From assembly GCA_963765895.1 (NCBI GenBank), contig CAVXZB010000084.1, positions 1 to 64,000 of the forward strand: a stretch of DNA of 64,000 bases, in the 5' to 3' direction. Shown here one piece after another: positions 1 to 10,435 of the stretch. This stretch comes from an uncultured Nitrososphaeraceae archaeon. GTDB lineage: Archaea > Thermoproteota > Nitrososphaeria > Nitrososphaerales > Nitrososphaeraceae. The notes beneath the pieces were generated by a model. The model made no database searches, was not told the DNA's origin, and saw nothing but the letters and a program-made list of their open reading frames with translations. The position numbers and the translations under genes were made by a program. Each line of letters starts with the position of its first letter. The stretch's first letter is position 1.

Positions 1-298
1 ATCTGAAGATTGTAAGAGTGGTGACATGTCGAAGGACAACCTAAGAACTCTCCTGCCCCGTTACCAATGAATTCAGCTATACAATACAAAGCCAGTCTGA
101 GGTCAATAATAACAAGATTAGATATGAGAAAAGTCAAGTCATCTACTTTACAGTTAATACAGAGGAACAGCTATCAATTCATTACTTGTATCGCTATTAG
201 TAATACCTACTTTATGTTAGTTTATAATTGATAAAAATTATTGGGAAGGCATATCAAAAACAATCAAACTCTTGTATCAGCGCTTCGATAAGACCAAA

Positions 299-310
299 GT
301 TATAAATCCT
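299..310 (+). promoter_or_regulatory. Archaeal TATA box (with purine-rich BRE upstream) of the 343-1093 operon
   Basis: GTTATAAATCCT lies about 40 nt upstream of ATG 343. The same 12-mer occurs on the minus strand (~2287-2298) upstream of the paralogous pseudogene. Confidence 0.55.
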
Positions 311-342
311 CAACACTGCAATAATGATCCGAATATCTTAAA

Positions 343-609
343 ATGGGTGACAATGACAATAATGAATTATCTGGCACTTTATTAGTAAATTGTAGTGGTA
401 GCGCCTGTAAAAGTGTTATACAGCAATCTAAAAAAATGGAAGCTGTCACTTTTGTATTTAGAGTAGAAAAGAAATCTCAGGGCGACCCAGATGTCATAAT
501 TGATGTGAGTGGCAGTGAAGATCAAATTCAACAAGTGGAGAGCAGTATCAGAAAGATAGGTGGAGTACGTTCTGTAAACCATGAGATAGGGAGCTCGTTA
601 TTATACTAA
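343..609 (+). CDS. Small ferredoxin-like fold protein (Lrp/AsnC C-terminal or ACT-like) with a C-x4-C motif
   Basis: 88 aa with a beta-alpha-beta-beta-alpha-beta pattern (DPDVIIDV...IRKIGGVRSV). A paralog at 1999-2269 supports that it is coding. Confidence 0.6.
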   Translation: MGDNDNNELSGTLLVNCSGSACKSVIQQSKKMEAVTFVFRVEKKSQGDPDVIIDVSGSEDQIQQVESSIRKIGGVRSVNHEIGSSLLY

Positions 610-628
610 GTTTATTTTATTGTGATGG

Positions 629-1093
629 ATGCATATTCCTATACACATAAAGATAGTATGTAAACAAGATAATGTGCAAAGAGTTAAGGACTTTCTCTCA
701 CCAAATAAATTGATCCATATTGTAGAATTTCATGATGTTAAGACGCCTGATAAATACATAGCCACACTAGATATCTCAGGAGTAGTATTCGATGATGAAG
801 ACATACCTCTAATAGAAAACAATTTAAAACATTACGGTCAGGTCAAGGTGAATAGAGGACAGGTAAGAATTCTTACATTAAACACCATTTTAAGTGCATT
901 AATAGTTGCAGGTATCGTATCCGTTGCCCTACTAGCTCATGGTCTTAACGAGGATTTTTATAAGGAAGTTTTTGAACATCATAACACCAAGGTAATACTA
1001 GAAACTGCCTTAACTATTGGTTCATCTTCAGTTGCAGGATTCTTCTTAGAATTGTTAGTTGCTTACAGAGAAAAGAGAATAACGCATCGCTGA
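629..1093 (+). CDS. Membrane protein with an N-terminal ACT-like soluble domain and two C-terminal TM helices
   Basis: 154 aa, starting 19 nt after the previous ORF. Hydrophobic segments ILSALIVAGIVSVALLA and ALTIGSSSVAGFFLELLVAY. Confidence 0.6.
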   Translation: MHIPIHIKIVCKQDNVQRVKDFLSPNKLIHIVEFHDVKTPDKYIATLDISGVVFDDEDIPLIENNLKHYGQVKVNRGQVRILTLNTILSALIVAGIVSVALLAHGLNEDFYKEVFEHHNTKVILETALTIGSSSVAGFFLELLVAYREKRITHR

Positions 1094-1998
1094 TTTTAGC
1101 GTGTATTTTTTTAATAGGTTAAACAAGTATGGCTTACAATGCATTATGCCTTTACTGTCTCTCTATTGCCTTTTTAAAGACGGGGTGAACAGTCGCATCA
1201 GTGAATTTCTTTATAGATCATTTTCTTGACTTCGTCTACTGTTAATTCTTTTTCTTTATACTTCGGCAATCATGACATTCTATAGGTATTGGTTTCGATA
1301 AGTGCAGAGCTATAGGAAGAGGGAGTGATTGACTTCATTTCTTTTTGGGGCGTGATAATTGATGTGTTGTTATATCTAGACATGTCAAGTAATGATCGAT
1401 ACTAAAATGTCGGTCAAAACTAAGAGAATACCAATTTCAGATCATTACGATTTGGTAGGAGATTAAAAGATAATTAACACACGTGCTTTCCTTCTTCATC
1501 ATCTCAGTGGGAAACTGGAATTGGACCTATACAACAATAGGTTTTGGCAGATCTTTATTCTTGGCTTACAGCTCATTCTGCATTTACGAATCATGGCAGC
1601 TGCAGCCAGCCGCGCGGCTGCTCGCTACTTCTACGTCTTCCTCTAACTCTACTGCTAAATAAAATAATCCAGAAGATAATCTGCGCATCTGGTTTAGCAT
1701 TTATTCTCACAAACAATAAAATAATATATTATCACTACTTAGGGGTAGACTTTCCTTCTTCGTTACTAAGTGCGCGTTGAAAGAAATTTATCCCCTTAGT
1801 AGTATGCTTTATAGTTCAAGTAATTCACAGCCTAATAACAGCACAGAATTATAATAAAATGAAAATTAATCAAATAAAATTACATCTTGAGGTAAAGAAC
1901 GCTAGGTAAGAACACTAGGTAAAATAAATACATAATATATGCTAGTTCTTTCTACTGGAATATGCATTCGTCTGTAATGACAAATTTCTTGTAATATA

Positions 1999-2269
1999 TC
2001 ATTTAAACATTAGGGATTGACCTAATTCAGAGGTAACCTGAACTACACCTCTGATTCCACTGATAATACTTCGTGCCGATTCAATCTGTTGCTCATTTAC
2101 GCCAGTCAACTTGATAATAACGTCCGGATCGTTTTCTTTTTTTTCTCTATCATAAACGCATAAACAACTCCTTCTATTGACTACGATCTTTTAATTAGTT
2201 CTTTACATGCGTGTTTATTACAAGTAACCCAAAATGTACCCGATGTAGGTAAAGTTCATTGAATGACAC
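1999..2269 (-). pseudogene. Degraded inverted paralog of the 343-609 protein
   Basis: Manual translation SGTFWVTCNKHACKELIKRS*SIEGVVYAFMIEKK/ENDPDVIIKLTGVNEQQIESARSIISGIRGVVQVTSELGQSLMFK aligns end to end with 343-609. It has one internal stop and frameshifts. Confidence 0.8.
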
Positions 2270-2912
2270 TAGTTGTATGTGAATTTAGGATTTATAACCT
2301 TTTTTTACATACAAATCTGACTTTCCAACTAACTGCAGAAAGTACCTTCACATAGGTCAGATATTAGTTGTTATTGATAGGAGCTATTCATGTCGTCAGC
2401 AGCTCCAGCCAATTACTGACATCTTCTTCAAAGACCAGACTCAACTGGTCATAGACGTTAGTATTCATAGTAGATATTTGATTCCAAAACTGTACGATTT
2501 TGTGGTATTAGAATAATTATGAGTAGTAGTTAATTTAATTTTAGATAGATATTTCTAATGCATCATTATTGTATTCTATATTATGAATTTTAGTTTTCTC
2601 TCGTCTATTAAACATCTTGTACTAAGGTTGCCCTTTTAAAGGCCGGAAGTGGTAATATTAATTAGATAATTAATGGTTAACGATTTAATGGACAGAAATC
2701 CGCATTAGGTAAATACAGCACAGATATAGTTAAACTGTAGTGAAAGAATATCAGTCTAGTTTTTGTTTGCATTAAACAGAATTAAATACACTATGAATAT
2801 CATACAATGGAATCATGGATAACCTCATGTTTAGAATATTTACTAATATATGTAAGTATTAACATTCATGATAATATTTATTCAAAGGCATAGCAAATAG
2901 CAAATAACAAAC

Positions 2913-4629
2913 TCAATTCTCAGAAATTGGAAGGCTAAATGAAAATGTTGCCCCTTTACCATCAGCATTATTTTCAGCCCATATTTTGCCACCATGTGCT
3001 TCTACAATGCCCCTAGAGATAAACAGACCTAGCCCAGATCCATTCTCTGATTTGGTAACAAACATTGTAAATAATTTTTCTTGTATTTCAGGATCAATAC
3101 CAGTACCCATATCTCTAATACTGATAATGACTTCGCCTTCCTTTTTACTATTGATATTATCTTTATTGCTATGCCCTTGATTAGATTTTATAGTAGTAAA
3201 GACTGTTATCGCGTTACCGTGTTGGTCATAGACACTTGTGCCACTGCTCACACTATTCTTTGTAGACTCTATAGCATTAGTCAAGAGATTTGATATAACT
3301 TCGTCAATTCTGATTCTATCTGCATCTACAATCACAGGATCAACCTTTGGCTTAGCAAAAATTATTTCTATCTCACCTTCTTTTGATTTTATATCATTTA
3401 TTATATCTCTTAATCTTTCATTGACGTCAAATCTCTCTTTATCAAGTCTTAAAATCCGATTTTCAATTTTCGAAATATCCAAAATCTTTTCTGAAAGACC
3501 TCGCAGCCTTTTAGCGTTTCTAATTATGATTTCTAAGAATTCTTCGTCTTGTTTGTGTGTAGCTGAAGTCTGCACTACGGGAGCGAATAACTTCCGTTAA
3601 GCCAAGTATTGGTTGTATGGGCGTTCTCAATTCGTGAGCCGCTATATTTATGAATTGATCTTTTAATCTGTCTTTATATTTGAGTTGTTCATTTAATCCC
3701 TTTAATTCAGAAGTTAATTGATGTTGATTTTTAATGTAATTTTTTATAGATTGTACCATAGAATTAAATGATTCGCCTAGGAGTGAGAGCTCGTCATTTC
3801 CTTTGTGTTGAACTGAAACGTCGAGGTTTCCTTTCCTTACCTCAGATGTTGCATATGTAAGTGTACTTATTGGTTTGAGTATTTTTATTACAAAATAAAG
3901 TATTAGTAGAACTACACCGATGTTTATTATTGCAAGAAAAATCTCTAACAATATTAAATTCCTTGAATCTATCGCTGCATCATTTCCCACTTGTGTTACT
4001 AGCCTATCTGATGAATCGATTACGTTCGAAGCCAACGATGATAGTTCAGGCTTTGTAGATTGGTATAGTTTTGTTGCCGATGTCGCAGATGCAGCAAGAA
4101 TACTAGTAACATTCTTAGAGGTAGCTGTAGTAGCAGGTATTTTTGATTGTGGTTGTTCTCTTTTTTGTTGTAGAGATGGCTTAACAATTTCAGAAGTAAT
4201 AAAGATTCTAAATCTATTCCAATCATTATTAATTATCCTCCATGAATCCAGAAACTTTGATGACAATGGTTTTAATTCTATGTTTGAAGTTTTTCCGCCA
4301 TCTCTTAAAACTAATAAATTTGTATTCAAATTATTTATGGCATGATTTAATTTCGCGGCGTTAGATGTAGATGAGGCTAATGAGGAGACCTGTGCGGAGG
4401 GAGAAGAAAACGAAGAAAATATTCCATTTAAATATTCTGAAGTCTGAAACAACACGCTCATCGTTAGAAATCTATTTTTACCTGCAATGTTGATTGAATT
4501 TCCTAAAAAGGTTTGTTGTGATTGAAAATAGACAAGTATTATAAAACTACAAATAATAACAGCAATGATAATTGCGACTAAAAATCCTATCTTATAAATA
4601 ACTTTGGAAGTCAGTGATTGAAAAAACAA
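2913..4629 (-). pseudogene. Sensor histidine kinase (TM-PilJ/NarX-like-TM-HAMP-HisKA-HATPase) split by one frameshift near 3575
   Basis: ORF 3520-4629 carries the TM helices, HAMP and the H-box AAHELRTPIQPILGL. ORF 2913-3575 continues HisKA and has the N, G1 and G2 boxes (NLLTNA, DMGTGI, GSGLGL). Confidence 0.85.
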
Positions 4630-5107
4630 GCTAAAAGCACCTTATAAGCACAGTCTAGATTTCGTATGTAATTGTACAGAAACTTCATATGACCAAAGTC
4701 GTTACGGTTTCTTAATACTGCAAGCATCACATCTATATGTAGAGGAGTAATATTTTACTTTATAGATTGTACTTGCTTATTGTATAGAACTAGGTGTAAT
4801 ATACTAGACATGGTTAATTATGTATTAAAAAGGTCCATACTTTTAAAAGGAGATACGCATTTGAACTCTAGTTCAATAGCTACTAAATCGACTATTAGAA
4901 TCTTATCAGCGTATTTGACAACATACTATGTTTATTAACATAAATTCGTCAATCAATCAATCAATCCATCTGCTATCTGTTTAAATGCTTTTGTAGTTAC
5001 ACGGATAATGCTAGGCAATATAGTTTAGTGTTAAGATGTATAGATTTTCGGAAGAGACATCACAAATACTTTGCAAACCTTAATTATTACCTCTTCATAT
5101 AAATTAT

Positions 5108-5260
5108 ATGGCTGCCGCAGAGCAAGTTAAATCTGCTGCTAGAGAACAAAAGTTCGAATGTGACATATGTAAAAAGGTATTCGAGAATTGGTACATACTC
5201 AATTATCATAAGTTATTAGAGCACAGTGAATCTAAACGTCCACCAATAGGAGTTGGATAA
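5108..5260 (+). CDS. Small C2H2 zinc-finger protein (50 aa)
   Basis: Manual translation MAAAEQVKSAAREQKFECDICKKVFENWYILNYHKLLEHSESKRPPIGVG matches F-x-C-x2-C-x3-F-x5-L-x2-H-x4-H. It falls below the ORF-track cutoff. Confidence 0.8.
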   Translation: MAAAEQVKSAAREQKFECDICKKVFENWYILNYHKLLEHSESKRPPIGVG

Positions 5261-5606
5261 TCTCATTAAAAAAATAGTGAGAGAACTCTAAAATCCATTT
5301 GAGTAATAATTTGATATCTCAATTACGCAACTATCAAATAAAGTTCATAGATGAATCACAATCCGTAAGCTAAATACAGATTAAAGCAGTTACTATGAGT
5401 AGTATGTGAATTAATATGATTAAAGATCAGAGCACAATAGGATCTACAATGACCATTATAGACTATTACTGAAGCATCATTTGAAGCAAAACTATTCAGA
5501 TATGAAAATCTGAACTTGGAATTATTCTCCTTATTCAGAATTACCTTCTATACCGCAGTTATATATAACACACTATTATTATATCGAAGTCATATACATA
5601 CCATAT

Positions 5607-5999
5607 GTGGTAGTGTCAAGAGTAATATATTTCGAAATACAAGTTGATGATATTAATAGGGCTATACAATTTTATAAAAATGTATTTGGATGGGAATTTA
5701 AACAATTTGGCAATGTAGAATATTGTTTAATCATAACTGGGCCTGACGACCAACATGGAATTAATGGCGGATTGATGAAACGCATAGTGCCAATATCAAA
5801 TAAATATGATCCTATTAAAGGATACATATGTACAATTAATGTTTCATCTGTTGATGATTACTGTAAAAAAATAATAGATTATGGTGGAACTGTCGAAATG
5901 GACAAAATGTCAATTCCAGGAGCAGGCTGGATTGCTTACTGTAAAGATACCGAAAATAACATTTTTGGCATAATAGAAAGCAATATCGAATTGGTCTAA
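5607..5999 (+). CDS. VOC family (glyoxalase/bleomycin resistance) protein
   Basis: Motifs YFEIQVDDINRAIQFYKNVFGW, GINGGLMKR and DTENNIFG. Confidence 0.9.
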   Translation: MVVSRVIYFEIQVDDINRAIQFYKNVFGWEFKQFGNVEYCLIITGPDDQHGINGGLMKRIVPISNKYDPIKGYICTINVSSVDDYCKKIIDYGGTVEMDKMSIPGAGWIAYCKDTENNIFGIIESNIELV

Positions 6000-6504
6000 T
6001 CATTATTATATAATTAACTTACAAGTATAAGAAATATTATTAATTAGACGATAATTCCACATTTACTGATTGCAGAATCTCTAACTTGGATACTACTATA
6101 TCTTTTGATGATCTTATTATGAATATATTAAATGATTATTCCAAGTATATTACTATATTTTTAAAGTCTGGTATTACGCTATAAAAATACTATATTGTTA
6201 TAATTACTCCTATTTAATTTAATAACAATTGCTTTGCATTATTCTATATTTAATTATAACATTCACTATATCACCACGAGCTAATATTTTATACATGCAT
6301 AGCTGCCTGTGATATTAAAATTATGAAAAAGAGTTACTATGGAATGTCCACAGAAAAATAAATGAACTTTTATAGCAATACAAATTAAGCTTTGAAAGTC
6401 CCACTCAATTTTGCGCCTCAATATTTTCCATCGAAGAAACACTGCATACGTAGGCGGAATTACAATGGCAATGGCAATGGCAATAACAATATAACTGACT
6501 CGGA

Positions 6505-6873
6505 ATGATATTAATCATTGCTAGTTTGTCAATGAGTAGTGATGACGTAGAGGATGATATTAATAATACTGCTTCGCCAAACACTGCGGCTACGGAGACT
6601 AGTAAATACATAACTTTCAGTAAATATCAACAACGCAAGATCAAAAGGTTTACGATAATCAAGAAGAAAGATCATCTAGATGATTTTGATTATGAGGTAA
6701 TGTCAGGGATAAACAAATACTCTATTTATAAAAGCGTAAATAAAGGCTGGTTATGCACATGCAGACATTTTGCGCTCTTCCAAACTCCATGTAGTCACAT
6801 AAAGGCAGTAATATTATATGAACAAACTAGTCACAGAGATGAAAAAAATGCACAGAATTATCCTGAACTCTAA
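6505..6873 (+). CDS. SWIM zinc-finger protein
   Basis: CTCRHF...PCSHIKAV matches CxC-xn-CxH. The true start may be ATG 6532. Confidence 0.75.
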   Translation: MILIIASLSMSSDDVEDDINNTASPNTAATETSKYITFSKYQQRKIKRFTIIKKKDHLDDFDYEVMSGINKYSIYKSVNKGWLCTCRHFALFQTPCSHIKAVILYEQTSHRDEKNAQNYPEL

Positions 6874-7292
6874 ATAAATAGCTGGTAGAATGGAGAAATA
6901 GTAGGTAAAGTACGGTTAAACAAATATTATTTGAGTAGAAATCAGAATTCTTCTTTTGAATTTCATCATTTGGTGATTGCAAGTTTCTTATTTTCTTTGA
7001 TATTTATACTCTTTTTCAATTCGGGATTGAAATTTATTTTGCAAAATATACAAGAGTAGCATTTGCTCTAAATATAGCGAAAATAGCTAATAAATCGATT
7101 CATCCAACAGGCATTATTCAATATAAATGATATTTTGTTGCTATGTAATGTGATAGGTATTGTTCGTAGATATAAGGTTAAGGTTTCATCAACGTACAAA
7201 TTTTCGTACTTTCAAGGCATAGGGTGACAGCATTGTTTGCACACCGCTATCTACTCATCTATGCTCATTGCCTTTTAAAGGATTTGAGACAA

Positions 7293-7457
7293 ATGGGGCC
7301 CGAGATAATGTTAATAATATCGTTTATCACGAAAATATTAGGCCGCGTTGGTCCGGGTTTCGGTGGGATGCAATACACTTGTATATGTAATCCAAGTCTT
7401 AGCGGGTTCGGTGGGATTTGGTCGAAAATTCAATTGTGTCTGAATTCGTGGTCCCAT
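7293..7457 (+). ncRNA. Candidate structured RNA element
   Basis: Closing helix ATGGGGCC-CGA (7293-7303) / TCG-T-GGTCCCAT (7446-7457), with internal hairpins and a duplicated TTCGGTGGGAT. Confidence 0.35.
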
Positions 7458-7516
7458 GGATAAGAAATCACAAAAAAGTGTAAGAAGAGTATAGCTTTAA
7501 TCAAACAGGCTAGGGT

Positions 7517-9016
7517 TCAAAACCCAAGGTATTTAGACTCTATGTAGGTAACAAAGTAATCCGGGTTATAGCCTTCATTGAAGGTATTATTAAGTAGTAC
7601 TTTTGGGGCATAAACAGATCCATGCTGATGCATTTTTAATCTTAACCATTTTCGGATAGGCTCGAAATTACCTCTTTTGATGTCTTCCTCGTAATCCTCT
7701 AGATCTTTGCGCATCTTTGAAGCAATGATTGCTGAAATCAAGTTTCCCAAAGTGTAAGTTGGGAAATAGCCAAAGAGGCCACTGCTCCAATGAGTATCTT
7801 GAAGCACTCCCTGTGCATCGTTAGTTGGTCTCACTCCAAGCAGCTGCTCCATTCTATCGTTCCAGAATTCAGGAATCTCAGAGACGCTGAGCTCATCGCC
7901 AAATATTTTTTTCTCTATCTCATATCTTATTGCTATATGAAGATTGTAAGTGACTTCATCGGCGTCAACTCGTATATAATCAGCCTTGACATTATTGAAA
8001 TAAAGGTACAATTCGTCATCCGTTGCTTGGTTTGCAAAACTTACTTGCTTTCTAATCAAGGGAGCAATCAATTGAACAAAAGGCAGACTTCTGCCCATAA
8101 TATTCTCCCACAATCTTGACTGAGATTCATGGAGCGCAAGCGAAGATCCCCCTTCAAGAGGAGTAATAGACAATGACTGATCGCATTGCAGATTATACAA
8201 AGCATGACCAGCTTCATGAATAGTACTAAATATCGACTTTTTGAAATCAGTTCCTTCATATCGCGTAGTTATCCTTACGTCGTTGAGCCCCATAGTCTCG
8301 GTGAAAGGATGAGTAGATACATCCATTCTGAAACGTTTCATGTCGTATTGCAGTAGGGTCAAAATATCATGATTGAGCTCACCAACTTTTTGGACATCAT
8401 ACTTTGATTTTCCCAGTTTGCTCTCTTTGCAAAATGGGCTACCTGAATCGACGAGTTTTTTCAGAATCTTCTGAATACGCGGAGTCAATACACTGAATAC
8501 TTTATCCAAGTCATCTACCGTAAGCTCTTCTTCAAACATATCCAAAAGCGCATTATATGGATGCTTTTCATAACCTATCTTCTCAGCGATTTGCTTCTTT
8601 ATTTCTACCATTTTCTTCAAGTGGGGTTCATACATACTGAAAACAGATTTTTCTCTCGCCTCTCTCCATGTCATGTTTCCCCTTATTCTTTCCAGAGATT
8701 CTGCTTCAGTCAATTCTTTGGGTATCTTGATCTGCTTGGTTATTTCCCTGTTGAGTATTCGTACAATACCCTTCTCTAAGTCGCTAAGGTTCTCCAGTTT
8801 CTTCGCTGACTCAACAAGACCAATAAAATCTTTGTTTAGCAGAAGATCCTTATGCAGGATTTGAAGCTGAGAATCGGCCGTTCCTCTTTCTTCCGTTCCT
8901 TCCCTAGGCATATAAGTCTCAAAGTCCCAGCCCATTAGAGAAATGGCATGATTTAGCGACCACATTGGTTTGTAAGCATCGAGGATCTGATTCATGACAG
9001 GGTTCTTGCATCTCAT
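7517..9016 (-). CDS. Thermostable carboxypeptidase, peptidase family M32
   Basis: 499 aa with HPF, DVRITTRY, HEAGH (HExxH), HESQS, IRVDADE and GYFPTYTLG motifs. Confidence 0.95.
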   Translation of the reverse strand: MRCKNPVMNQILDAYKPMWSLNHAISLMGWDFETYMPREGTEERGTADSQLQILHKDLLLNKDFIGLVESAKKLENLSDLEKGIVRILNREITKQIKIPKELTEAESLERIRGNMTWREAREKSVFSMYEPHLKKMVEIKKQIAEKIGYEKHPYNALLDMFEEELTVDDLDKVFSVLTPRIQKILKKLVDSGSPFCKESKLGKSKYDVQKVGELNHDILTLLQYDMKRFRMDVSTHPFTETMGLNDVRITTRYEGTDFKKSIFSTIHEAGHALYNLQCDQSLSITPLEGGSSLALHESQSRLWENIMGRSLPFVQLIAPLIRKQVSFANQATDDELYLYFNNVKADYIRVDADEVTYNLHIAIRYEIEKKIFGDELSVSEIPEFWNDRMEQLLGVRPTNDAQGVLQDTHWSSGLFGYFPTYTLGNLISAIIASKMRKDLEDYEEDIKRGNFEPIRKWLRLKMHQHGSVYAPKVLLNNTFNEGYNPDYFVTYIESKYLGF

Positions 9017-9248
9017 TTTGTCACACTTTTCATGAACTTGATCACATCGGTCTATTAATCATTACTAGCGATGTTTGCAACATTGGAAAATCAAGGTAAC
9101 TGCGTTAACGTGAAAGTGGAAAATGATATAGTTCAATGGCAGTGGAATGGTTTTTAATTTAATTTTTATATTTGACTCGAAGACACGAAGTCGTAAGGGA
9201 ATTTGTTTAATCCTAACCATAAGCAATCATTCACTATAACTGCTGCTA

Positions 9249-9526
9249 CATGAACAAGCCTACATTTCGATCAATATCGTTGCCAGAACCTAGCTGGTTG
9301 GCGGAAGGCATACTTTCCTGGCCACAACATCGAGTGTGATCTTTATTGGTCTATCAGGATATTCTTACTTCGGAATTCTTCAGTGGAAGATCTATCAATA
9401 CAAGTGTCCTTTGGTCGTGGTAATCCATTTGTTGATCTATTTCAATTTAGCGTCATATCCGTTATTTCGCAAAGGAGCGTGGCAGATCCAATGTAGTTTC
9501 TGAGTAATAGTGACTAGTTATTCGTG
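9249..9526 (+). ncRNA. Candidate structured RNA element
   Basis: Nested helices CATGAA/TTCGTG, CTACATT/AATGTAG, GGAAGG/CTTTCC, GGATATT/AGTGTCC and TCTTC/GAAGA. No ORF. Confidence 0.4.
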
Positions 9527-9886
9527 TCTAACTAATGGCTTAAGAACCCTAGGAATACATATGATATATAGCCCAAAGCTCTCTTCTATCTCTTGTTTTA
9601 ACCAGAAATCACACAAGTGTTTATAATACTTCAATTGACGATTTCATACAACTTAAGCAATATTCAAAGCGATTCGTTCCATGCCTCTAACGACAAGACA
9701 TCCGAGGATTATACATTTACTCGTGTTTGAATTCCAACATATCATGTTATGGAAATGCCTTGAGTTTTATGATCTTCTATTTATCTCATATAACCCTCTT
9801 ACTGTACATACACCACATATCCAATCTCCCTTAGATGTTTTATGAGCATCCTTATCAGTGGTTAGATCTATAAAACGCATTCATAA

Positions 9887-10435
9887 CTATTTCAGAATCC
9901 AGATGCGATCTGTCTCGTTGCCAAGAACGCTCTTTGATAAACCAACGCTATTATTTAGGAATGACAAGGATTTGCTTTGCGTATTATTGAATAACATTAT
10001 TCCATGGTAGACCCAACGACCATCAATGGGTCTACCCATGTCAGAAGATATCCAAGCAATACTTTGCCCATCTGAGGTCTTGAGTGTTCCATTACCTGTG
10101 CTCTGGACTAATTTATCAGATAAGTAAGTATCTTTGTAAGTCTGATCGTTAGTAATATTTCCTACACCTTTTAGGAATCCTTGGTCAGAGAAATGTGTCT
10201 CTTCTATTCGGTGAGGAGTTAATGATATATTCTTTGCTGATAGAAATGTGGTTTTATTAGAATTATAAATCGAATCTGCCGGATCCAAAGGTACAGTAAT
10301 TCGTGCATTGATACTGTGCGGAGGAGACTATTGTGCTTGTACAAATGTATCGGAACTGGTTAGAAATAGATCTCCTGTTGTAGATGCGATAACCAAAAAG
10401 ACAGACATACATAATGACAAATTCTCTATCTTTTT
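9887..10435 (-). pseudogene. Secreted beta-rich hypothetical protein with a disrupted N-terminus
   Basis: ORF 9887-10288 looks coding. An upstream hydrophobic signal-like segment (~10330-10435) is separated from it by a stop or frameshift. Confidence 0.5.

Noticed and set aside
1596-1626. GC-rich inverted repeat GCAGCC...GGCTGC
   Set aside because: It is a single short hairpin without supporting nested structure or a recognisable family.
3560-3600. Programmed ribosomal frameshift in the split kinase
   Set aside because: There is no slippery heptamer or homopolymer at the shift, and frameshifts are widespread in the window.
2986-4345. Plus-strand ORFs 2986-3180, 3081-3293, 3238-3600 and 3920-4345
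   Set aside because: These are antisense shadows of the histidine kinase. The same applies to shadow ORFs over the M32 peptidase, arsM, the receivers and the phasin-like gene.
7224-7463. 79-aa ORF (likewise 44589-44816, 43232-43420, 50073-50270 and 50457-50651)
   Set aside because: These have no protein-like motifs. They overlap GC-elevated stem-rich blocks, where short stop-free frames arise by chance.
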